Below, piece by piece: positions 17,779-26,098 of a stretch of DNA of 37,438 nt (its first letter is position 1; each line of letters starts with the position of its first letter). The stretch lies in sequence record DRR723986_27055; one strand, written 5' to 3'. Below the pieces are notes generated by a model. That model was not told the origin of the DNA. It did not search any database and saw only the letters and a list, made by a program, of their open reading frames with translations. A program made the translations under genes and the position numbers.

Positions 17779-20763
17779 TTATTTGAAATTAAGAGATACA
17801 CCTAAAGTGAATGACCTCGTCTGGAAGTAGGTGTTTCTACGCTCCAGACCTGGAGATAATGAAGTGGTAAAGCCATCGCCATTTTCAGAGTCAGTGATCC
17901 TAACTTCAGGATCTATACCTGTATAACCCGTAATTGTGAATAAATTTTGCGCCGCAAAATACACTCGGAATGAATTCAGGTTTTGTGAAGGTGTTTTGAA
18001 ATTGTATCCCAATTCCATGTTGTCCAAACGGATGAAGGATGCATTTTCAATGTATGAACTGTTGAACGTAGGTGTGGAAGTCACCACTGGAGTTTTATCA
18101 GTAATTACAGAGTTCCAAGTGTTAGAAGATGCATCTTGGTTTTCATAGAAACCTCTGTAAGAATTATAAAGATCATGCCCCCATGCTCCTCTTAAGAAGA
18201 AACTCAAGTTCCAACCTCCATATACGAAATTGTTTGCTACACCGAACTCACCCTTAGGTAGTCCATTTCCAAGTTTTTGGAATTCATTTGGGTCTGTAGT
18301 TGAAAGGATATATTGACCATCTTCAGTTAAACCTTCCAATACAGGACCGTAGAAATCCCCTAAAGTTTGTCCTACTCTGTTGTAAACGATTGGGTTGTTA
18401 TTCTGTCCTGGTGCACCTGGAGTAGCGAATCTAAGCTCGTCAAAACCTAGGTCGCCTGCAGATAAACTTTCAATTGTTGTTTTGTCATAAAGTGTAAAGT
18501 TTACACTTGGTTGCCATTTGATAGCTCCTAAGGAAACATCATTTGCGCTTAATGCAAATTCAAATCCTGCGGCTCTTAAATCGGCAAGATTCACCCATGT
18601 CGAAGATGCAGTATTGAATCTTCCTGGATCAAATGGGTTAGGAGCCCCTGTTGCTACTGGTACGTTAAATAGTAGGTCAGAAATATTTCTGATGTAATAA
18701 TCCATACTACCTGTCAACTTATTATTCCATATTCCGAAGTCCAAACCAAAGTTTAATTCTTGTTTAGTCTCCCACTTCAAATCCTTGTTTGGATTTGAGT
18801 TTTGTACGATTCCTACAAACACATCATTTTGAGTCAATGGATCTCCATCTAGGTCAACTCTGTTACCGTTGCCATAAACACCCAAGGCCAAAGTAGGAGA
18901 AGGGGGGAGATTACCCGTGATCCCGAAGGAAGCTCTAGGCTTAAACTGGCTGAAAACTCCCATGTCAAATACTTGGGTAAAATCAGATCCTAAGCTGACC
19001 GCAGGAAAAACACCTGTCTGATTATTTGCTCCAAATCCAGAATATGTTTCAGCTCTTACAGAAGCAGAAAGAAAGAACTGGTTGTTCAAATTGAAATTAG
19101 CTCTACCAAAAAGAGAATTTAATTGATCTTCATTGGCGTAAGAGGCAATCTCAGTGCTATTGCCAAGACGAATAGAGCCAGCTCCTAAGTTGTCCCACCC
19201 TAAATCAAATAGATACTGCTTAACTCTTGCATTGAAACCTTGATTTTTGGTGGACTGAGTCGCTACGCCGCCTAATAATGTCATGTTAAGACCATCCATA
19301 AGGTCAAGTTCATAACGAAGGGTAGATTCAAAGATTTTTTGGACTCTATCATTTGTTCTTCTTTGAGCCGATCCACCGGTTCCAAGTCCTACGTTATAAT
19401 CTAATCTTGACCAGAAATCACCAGAAAGCGTGTTGCTTCTATCCTGAGAGTATTGTGCAGAAATAGTTAGGTTCGTCAAAATGTCGAATTCAGCTCTGTA
19501 TGAAACGAGTGCCGACTTTGTCTCACTTACGAACTTCTGCTGATTTGCTAAAGCTACAGGGTTGAAGAAATCAAATAAATCTCTTTGGAAATAACCACCA
19601 AATCGCTCTTCAGCATCTTGCGTATTTTCGAAAATTGGCGCAGTAGGATTATACAGTGTTGCATATCTGAAAGCGGCATCATTGATTGACTCCCTGTCTA
19701 CGTTAGTAAAAGACAAGTTGGCATTCAATCTTAGCCTGTTATCTAGCGCACCTTGTGAGAGGTTGAGACGTGTGTTTAGTCTCTTATTTGCTACGCCATT
19801 TACGATTCCTTGATTATCTCGGTAATTGACAGCAGCCATATAGTTGGTGTTATTGAAGCCACCTGATACACTTGCATTGGTAGTGTAAGAGTAAGCATTG
19901 TCAATTAATTCATTTCTCCAATCTGTATTACTTCCGAAATCTGTCCCACCTCTAGCTACGAATTCCTCTGCTGAGAGAACTGGGATAAGGTTTGTCGCCT
20001 GATCCATTGTGCCAAAAGCGTTGATAGCAACATTTACTCTTCCGTCTTTAGGATTCTTTTTTGTGGTTGTAATCAAAATTACCCCCGAAGAACCTCTAGC
20101 TCCATAGATTGCCGCTGCTGAACCGTCCTTCAATACATCGATTGATTGGATGTCATTAGGATCCACATTGTCCAATGAAGCACCGATAACACCATCCAAT
20201 ACAATTAATGGAGATGAGTTAGCTCCGAATGTTGACAAACCACGTAGACGCACATTGAAACCAGAATTTGGGTTTCCACCTGGTCTGGTGATTGATAATC
20301 CAGCTACTTTACCTTGGAGTAGTTGGGCTGGGTTTGATACGTTTCCTTTGTTGAAGTCCTCAGGCTTCACAGCTACTACTGCTGAAGTGATTTCTTTTTT
20401 GTCTTGAGTACCGTACCCGATTACTACCGCTTCTTCAAGGCTTTGAATATCCTCTTCTAAGTTGATAATAATGTTAGTCCGATTTCCAATTTCTACTTCT
20501 TGCGGTGTATAACCTATGAAAGAAATAACTAGAATTTGATCTCCTGCTTGCAGGTCCAGGGAAAATTTCCCGTCTAAATCAGTAGCTGTTCCACGAGTAG
20601 TACCTTTAATCAGTACAGTCGCCCCTGGAATAGACTCTCCAAGTAGCGGATCCATGACAGTTCCTGTCACAGTTCTGCTCTGGGCGTTTGCTACTAGAGT
20701 AGCGCAGAAGACTAGCGCTATAGCAAGTAGAAACGTCTTTTGTTTTAGTAAATAGTTTCTCAT
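17779..20763 (-). CDS. susC: SusC/RagA family TonB-dependent transporter
   Basis: N-terminal CarboxypepD_reg-like domain, VVIGYG, PLIVLDG, DVLKDGSAAAIYGARGSSGVILITT, LKWET and GIDPE, ending in ..LGVSLNFK. Confidence 0.97.
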   Translation of the reverse strand: MRNYLLKQKTFLLAIALVFCATLVANAQSRTVTGTVMDPLLGESIPGATVLIKGTTRGTATDLDGKFSLDLQAGDQILVISFIGYTPQEVEIGNRTNIIINLEEDIQSLEEAVVIGYGTQDKKEITSAVVAVKPEDFNKGNVSNPAQLLQGKVAGLSITRPGGNPNSGFNVRLRGLSTFGANSSPLIVLDGVIGASLDNVDPNDIQSIDVLKDGSAAAIYGARGSSGVILITTTKKNPKDGRVNVAINAFGTMDQATNLIPVLSAEEFVARGGTDFGSNTDWRNELIDNAYSYTTNASVSGGFNNTNYMAAVNYRDNQGIVNGVANKRLNTRLNLSQGALDNRLRLNANLSFTNVDRESINDAAFRYATLYNPTAPIFENTQDAEERFGGYFQRDLFDFFNPVALANQQKFVSETKSALVSYRAEFDILTNLTISAQYSQDRSNTLSGDFWSRLDYNVGLGTGGSAQRRTNDRVQKIFESTLRYELDLMDGLNMTLLGGVATQSTKNQGFNARVKQYLFDLGWDNLGAGSIRLGNSTEIASYANEDQLNSLFGRANFNLNNQFFLSASVRAETYSGFGANNQTGVFPAVSLGSDFTQVFDMGVFSQFKPRASFGITGNLPPSPTLALGVYGNGNRVDLDGDPLTQNDVFVGIVQNSNPNKDLKWETKQELNFGLDFGIWNNKLTGSMDYYIRNISDLLFNVPVATGAPNPFDPGRFNTASSTWVNLADLRAAGFEFALSANDVSLGAIKWQPSVNFTLYDKTTIESLSAGDLGFDELRFATPGAPGQNNNPIVYNRVGQTLGDFYGPVLEGLTEDGQYILSTTDPNEFQKLGNGLPKGEFGVANNFVYGGWNLSFFLRGAWGHDLYNSYRGFYENQDASSNTWNSVITDKTPVVTSTPTFNSSYIENASFIRLDNMELGYNFKTPSQNLNSFRVYFAAQNLFTITGYTGIDPEVRITDSENGDGFTTSLSPGLERRNTYFQTRSFTLGVSLNFK

Positions 20764-20954
20764 ACGGTTTGGTTGTTAATTGATCTAGAAATAAAAAGGG
20801 CATTTTATATTTCAGTTCGAAAGTGTGGTAATAATTTTAAATTTGCAATTTTTGAATTTTTTCGAATTCTAGATCTGTAAAACATGATTTAACGGAATAT
20901 TGTTTTATTTATTGATTTTATAGAAATAATAAAATCCGCCTATCATATTTTCAA

Positions 20955-20970
20955 TGGAAATCGTTTTCCT
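20955..20970. promoter_or_regulatory. Candidate LacI-family operator upstream of susC
   Basis: TGGAAATCGTTTTCCT is a near-perfect palindrome with a central CG, matching the LacI-family pattern GnAAnCGnTTnC. Confidence 0.5.
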
Positions 20971-21248
20971 TTTTCGAATTGTCATGATTTTGAGTTTTTT
21001 TTAAAAAAATGAAATAAAATTTCTGTGCCCCAATCCGGGATTTTTTTTCAGCCTGACTTAACTAAAAAAATTAAGAAACCTGGTTTTTGCAGTTAAAAAA
21101 TTAGGGTTAGTTTAAAGCTGTTGAGTGCTTTATGAACTCGAGAACTTGGCAATCGGTGTAGTATGGTCCTGCAAATTCATCTTAAAAGAATTGCCATAAA
21201 AATGCAGTGTTTGAAAAGCTGATTATCTTTAGCTATAAACCAACTTTT

Positions 21249-23897
21249 ATGAGGAAACAATTTCAATTCATTCTTTCCTTGGGAATGTCTCTTTCAGCGT
21301 TACTGTTTTGCGCTAGCTCTCTGGCCCAAGGTATCAAAGGAAAAGTGCGGACTTCAGATGGGGAACCACTCGCTTATGCATCAGTCTATATTCGAAATTT
21401 GGGTGACGGCGTACCCACCAATGAAGAGGGTAGCTACGAATACAAACTTCCAAAAGGAGTTTACGATGTACTGGTCCAATACCTTGGGTACAAATCTCAA
21501 TTGGAGACTATCATCGTGACCGATGAATGGATTACAAAAGACTTTGTAATGGAGCCCCAGGAATATACGCTAGCTGAAGTAGAAGTAAGGGCCGGAGCGG
21601 AAGATCCAGCTTTGACTATTATGCGAAAAGCAATCGCAAAAGCGAAGTACCATCGGTTACAAATTCAAAAATATAGCATGACGGTCTATCTCAAAGGTAC
21701 AGGGAAGCTGACCGATGCTCCTTTTTTCCTGAGAAAAACCATTGAAAAAGAGGGATTCAAACTCAATGAGGCATATACCTCAGAGTCAGTTTCTAGAATC
21801 ACCTTCACTCAGCCAAACAAAGTAGAAGAAAAGGTAATCTCTATTCGAACTAACGGAGATAATCAATCCACTTCTCCTGCACCATACATTCAAACTACGT
21901 TCTATCAGGAGAAAATAAATGGGATAATTTCACCTCTTTCCCGGTCTGCATTTGTCTATTACAAGTTTCGTTATGAAGGAAGTTTTTTTGATCAAGACGT
22001 ATTGGTAAGTAAGATTAAAGTCACTCCAAGGTCAAGAGGAGAGCAAGTATTCGAAGGCTACATTTATATTATTGAAGATTTATGGGCGATTCACAGTTTG
22101 AATCTGCAAACTTCCTTATTGGGCTTTCAGATTACGGCAAAGCAACAGTATGCTCCTGTTGCTGAGAATGTTTGGATGCCTTTGACACATACCTATGATT
22201 TTGGAGGTAAAATTTTTGGTTTCGAAGGGAATTTCAAATACCTAGCTTCCACTCGGGAATATGAGATAGAATTGAATCCTGATCTGGAAGTAGTCCCCGA
22301 AATCATAGATGAAAAAGTGCAGGAAGTGCCAGAGGAAGCAGTTGGGTTTAAAAAGTCTGTTTCTGCGTTGGAGCAATTAGCGAAGGAGGAGCCTAAAACG
22401 CGGAAGGAATATAGAAAGCTACTAAATGAATATGAAAAAGAATCCTTGAAAGAGCAGGATGAGCCTCAGGTGATCGAGGAGAGTTATTACGAAGTAGACT
22501 CTATGGCCAAAAAGTATAATCAGGCTTACTGGGATAGTATACGGCCTGTTCCGCTGACTGAAAGTGAGATCCAAGGCTATCAGCGGGATGATAGCTTGGC
22601 CACCGTGGAGGTAGCCAAAATGAGTGACGTGGATTCGGTCGCTAAAAAAGCTAGGAGTAAATATAAACCACTAGACTTTATGAATGGGGCCACCTATAAT
22701 TTTGGCAAGGGAGCTTCGATTGGATTTAAGCAAAATTGGACTAAGATTTCTTTTAATACAGTGGAAGGAGCGAAGCTTGGTATGGGACTATTTTACAGAA
22801 AAGAGAAAATTACCAAGGCGGCAGATAGTGTGAGTATCCTAAGGAAGAGCTTTAATATTGAGCCTGAACTCCGCTATGGTTTTTCCAGCAATCGTTTCTA
22901 TGGAAAAGTAGATTTTCGATGGTCAAGTACCCTGAATTTATCTGGCACCACCTTCGGGCTGAAGGGGGGAAGGTATATCTATCAGTTTAACGGTGGTGAA
23001 CCTATCAACGAACAAGTAAACGCTGTATATTCTCTGCTTTTCAGGCAAAATTACATGAAATTATATGAGCAGGATTTTGCCCAGGTTTATTGGGCGCATC
23101 GGGTCAATGGTGGGATTACCTATCGTGTAAATATGACTTATGCTCATCGTACCGAACTGTTCAATACAAACAATTATAGTTTTTACAACAAGCCAGAACG
23201 AGTTTATTCGCCAAATCAGCCAGAAAATGTAGAGACAAACTCGGGTTCATTTTCCGATCATGATATTTTGAAACTGAACGCTGAAATGGAATGGTATCCA
23301 GGCGTAAAATATGGTATAAGGAATTGGCGAAAGTATAGGATCACCAATAGATCCCCATTGATAAAACTAACTTATAATAAAGCGTTTGGTGGCATAAATA
23401 GTGAGGGGACTGCAGCTGATTTTGATCACGTGGAGGTCGGAATTCAACATGATTACACTTTTGGGGTGAGTGGTAAGCTGGATTTCAATCTTTCTGCAGG
23501 AGTCTTTTTGTCAAATGATCAAGTTTACTTCCCTGATTTTCAGCATTTCGGAGGCAACCGTACTATATTTTCCAATTTTGGACCAGCTTCTAATTATCGT
23601 TTTATGGATTATTATAAGTACAGTACCAATTCTAAGTACTTTTCAGGCATAGTTCATTACCAATTCAGGAAATTTATTTTCACCCAATTGCCAATGCTTA
23701 GGTTCTCTGGAGTGAGAGAAAACATCTTCTTCAATTATTTGAAGACAGACAACTCTCCGAATTACTGGGAAGTGGGATATTCCTTGGATAATCTATTCAG
23801 AATATTCCGTGTGGAATTGGGAGCAGGCTTTGAAGATGCTAAATTCCTGCGTGGTGGAGTGAGACTTGGAGTGGCAACGTTTATCAATATAAACTAG
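21249..23897 (+). CDS. DUF5686 + carboxypeptidase regulatory-like domain outer membrane protein
   Basis: Signal peptide, N-terminal 'IKGKV...GEPLAYASV...TNEEG.Y...YLGY', 'ISPLS..AF.YYKFRY.G', 'FNTVEG' and C-terminal 'YWEVGYSLDNLFRIFRVE'. ATG at 21249 is preferred. Confidence 0.8.
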   Translation: MRKQFQFILSLGMSLSALLFCASSLAQGIKGKVRTSDGEPLAYASVYIRNLGDGVPTNEEGSYEYKLPKGVYDVLVQYLGYKSQLETIIVTDEWITKDFVMEPQEYTLAEVEVRAGAEDPALTIMRKAIAKAKYHRLQIQKYSMTVYLKGTGKLTDAPFFLRKTIEKEGFKLNEAYTSESVSRITFTQPNKVEEKVISIRTNGDNQSTSPAPYIQTTFYQEKINGIISPLSRSAFVYYKFRYEGSFFDQDVLVSKIKVTPRSRGEQVFEGYIYIIEDLWAIHSLNLQTSLLGFQITAKQQYAPVAENVWMPLTHTYDFGGKIFGFEGNFKYLASTREYEIELNPDLEVVPEIIDEKVQEVPEEAVGFKKSVSALEQLAKEEPKTRKEYRKLLNEYEKESLKEQDEPQVIEESYYEVDSMAKKYNQAYWDSIRPVPLTESEIQGYQRDDSLATVEVAKMSDVDSVAKKARSKYKPLDFMNGATYNFGKGASIGFKQNWTKISFNTVEGAKLGMGLFYRKEKITKAADSVSILRKSFNIEPELRYGFSSNRFYGKVDFRWSSTLNLSGTTFGLKGGRYIYQFNGGEPINEQVNAVYSLLFRQNYMKLYEQDFAQVYWAHRVNGGITYRVNMTYAHRTELFNTNNYSFYNKPERVYSPNQPENVETNSGSFSDHDILKLNAEMEWYPGVKYGIRNWRKYRITNRSPLIKLTYNKAFGGINSEGTAADFDHVEVGIQHDYTFGVSGKLDFNLSAGVFLSNDQVYFPDFQHFGGNRTIFSNFGPASNYRFMDYYKYSTNSKYFSGIVHYQFRKFIFTQLPMLRFSGVRENIFFNYLKTDNSPNYWEVGYSLDNLFRIFRVELGAGFEDAKFLRGGVRLGVATFININ

Positions 23898-23914
23898 AAT
23901 ATAAAGTGGTTTGA

Positions 23915-23950
23915 AACAGAAAAAGCCCGGATTTCCGGGCTTTTTCTGTT
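23915..23950. terminator. Bidirectional terminator between the convergent DUF5686 gene and frr
   Basis: 17-bp perfect inverted repeat AACAGAAAAAGCCCGGA / TCCGGGCTTTTTCTGTT. Confidence 0.88.
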
Positions 23951-23964
23951 GATGATTTGAAGCA

Positions 23965-24525
23965 TCAGACTTTCATAATGTCTACTTCTTTTTTAGCTAG
24001 AAGCTCATCTATTTTAGCAGAATATTGATCAGTTAGCTTTTGAACTACATCTTCAGCTCTTTTGATTTCATCCTCAGCTGCACCATCTTTTTGAAGTTTT
24101 TTCAACTCATCATTGATATCTTTTCGAACAGTTCTAAGAGAGATTTTTCCTCCTTCACATTCGTGCTTTGCCTGCTTGACAAGAGAAATACGTCTTTCCT
24201 CAGTAAGCGCGGGAATAGTCAAAATGATCACTTCTCCATTGTTTTGAGGAGCTAGCCCAAGGTCCGAGTTTATAATTGCCTTTTCAATTTCTGAAATCAT
24301 CGAGCGCTCAAATGGCTTGATGGATAACGTACGAGCATCAGGTGTATTGACTGAGGATACTTGATTCAACGGAGTATTTGCTCCATAATATTGAACCATG
24401 ATCCCATCCAATAGATTAGGCATGGCTTTGCCTGCACGTATTTTTAAAAGTTCAGCAGCAGTATGATCTACCGCTTTCTGCATTAATTCTTTTGCTTCGT
24501 CTAAGTATAATTCGATTTCTTCCAT
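23965..24525 (-). CDS. frr: Ribosome recycling factor
   Basis: Motifs IRAGKA, YYG..TPLNQ, IEKAI..SDLGL.P and LTEERR. Confidence 0.98.
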   Translation of the reverse strand: MEEIELYLDEAKELMQKAVDHTAAELLKIRAGKAMPNLLDGIMVQYYGANTPLNQVSSVNTPDARTLSIKPFERSMISEIEKAIINSDLGLAPQNNGEVIILTIPALTEERRISLVKQAKHECEGGKISLRTVRKDINDELKKLQKDGAAEDEIKRAEDVVQKLTDQYSAKIDELLAKKEVDIMKV

Positions 24526-24535
24526 GATTGTTAGC

Positions 24536-25246
24536 TTATAGAGAAGTGATCAAAGTACCAATTTCTTCGCCTTGTACCAATTTGCTGAGGTTTCCTGCCA
24601 CATTCATGTCAAAAACAATAATTGGTAAGTTGTTTTCCTGACAAAGTGTAAAGGCAGTCATATCCATGACGTTAAGGTTCTTTTCGTACACTTCGTGAAA
24701 CGAAATAGTTTTATATTTTGTGGCTGTTGAATCTTTTTCTGGATCAGCTGTATACACACCATCTACTCGGGTTCCTTTCAATACAATGTCTGCTTCTACT
24801 TCAATTGCTCTTAAACTAGCTGTAGAATCAGTTGTGAAATAAGGGTTACCAATACCGGCACCAAAAATTACAATACGGCCTTTTTCCAAATGGCGAATTG
24901 CTCTCCTACGGATAAATGGTTCGCAGACGCTTTCTATTTTGATACCAGACATAAGTCGAGTGTACATTCCACCTTGCTCAAGAGCACTTTGTAGTGCCAT
25001 AGCATTGATCAATGTAGCAAGCATGCCCATGTAATCACCCTGAACTCTATCTATTCCCGATTTTTCGGCTTGCACGCCTCTAAAAATATTTCCACCTCCG
25101 ATTACAATAGCTACTTCTACACCCATGTCATGGACTTTTTTGATCTCCTGAGTGTATTGTTGAAGTCTAACTGGATCTATGCCGTAACTCTTATCACCCA
25201 TTAGCGCTTCTCCACTGAGTTTGAGCAGTATTCTCTTGTATTTCAT
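24536..25246 (-). CDS. pyrH: UMP kinase
   Basis: [31 protein letters not shown] and GNPYFTTD. Start at ATG 25246. Confidence 0.98.
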   Translation of the reverse strand: MKYKRILLKLSGEALMGDKSYGIDPVRLQQYTQEIKKVHDMGVEVAIVIGGGNIFRGVQAEKSGIDRVQGDYMGMLATLINAMALQSALEQGGMYTRLMSGIKIESVCEPFIRRRAIRHLEKGRIVIFGAGIGNPYFTTDSTASLRAIEVEADIVLKGTRVDGVYTADPEKDSTATKYKTISFHEVYEKNLNVMDMTAFTLCQENNLPIIVFDMNVAGNLSKLVQGEEIGTLITSL

Positions 25247-25538
25247 CGGTTTATAATTGGTTTTATATGACCATCCCAATAGCTATCGGGAGAATCTCAC
25301 ATGTTTTTTTAAATCTCCCCAGTTAGTAATTCCTGAGTCATGCTTGATTCCATTTGATTGGTGTTGATTTTTAGAAGTTTGTTTTCGCTAAAGTTGCGAT
25401 TATTTGAGGCTCTTTATTTTTCAGGGAAGGGCTAAAAAGCTTTAGCAAATACACTGAAAAGGAATCGGGCATAACTCGATTTGCACAAAATAATCCGACA
25501 AATATAATTTCTTCAATTCATTATGCTAGGCTTAAAAG

Positions 25539-26033
25539 CTAAAATTGAATCAAGACTTGCTTTTTTTCTACACTTTGGTTGAGTGAGACTTTAACAGCCT
25601 TCACAATCCCGTCTCCAGGTGATTTTAGGATGTTTTCCATTTTCATTGCCTCCAGAATCAAAACAACGTCACCTTTTTTGACTTCATCTCCGGGCTTTAC
25701 TTTTAGATCCAAGATAAGGCCAGGCATAGGAGCTGTTATTTCCTTCAATGCCTGTGAAGCTAAGTTGTTCATACCCATTTGTTCCAAAAGCAGATCAAAT
25801 CTGTCCTTGAGCTGAATACTCGAGATCTTATTTCCTAGTTTGATTTGGATAGTTTTTGTTGCCTTCTCAATAGAGATCAATTCAGCTTCAATAGATTTGT
25901 TTTCAGAAATCAAGTGAATCTTTCGCTCTGAGATCCTCTGAAGATCCCATGGTATTGATTTGCCATTTACTTGAATGGCCGCATCGGTTTTTTCAACCGA
26001 ATAGGTTTTATTTTGGATTGTAACTGTAAACAT
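25539..26033 (-). CDS. Biotin carboxyl carrier / biotin-lipoyl attachment domain protein
   Basis: APMPG and LEAMKMEN biotinylation motif. Confidence 0.92.
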   Translation of the reverse strand: MFTVTIQNKTYSVEKTDAAIQVNGKSIPWDLQRISERKIHLISENKSIEAELISIEKATKTIQIKLGNKISSIQLKDRFDLLLEQMGMNNLASQALKEITAPMPGLILDLKVKPGDEVKKGDVVLILEAMKMENILKSPGDGIVKAVKVSLNQSVEKKQVLIQF

Positions 26034-26098
26034 TCATGTTAATTTGAAGTCGAATATACAATTTCCCCTAAAACCGACTCTTTTTCCTAGCTTAAAAT

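Noticed and set aside
2095-25279. Longer ORF-track starts at 2095, 12231, 21207 and 25279 (also 1424)
   Set aside because: Downstream ATGs (2137, 12192, 21249, 25246, 1457) give proper signal peptides or family-typical N-termini and avoid long overlaps.
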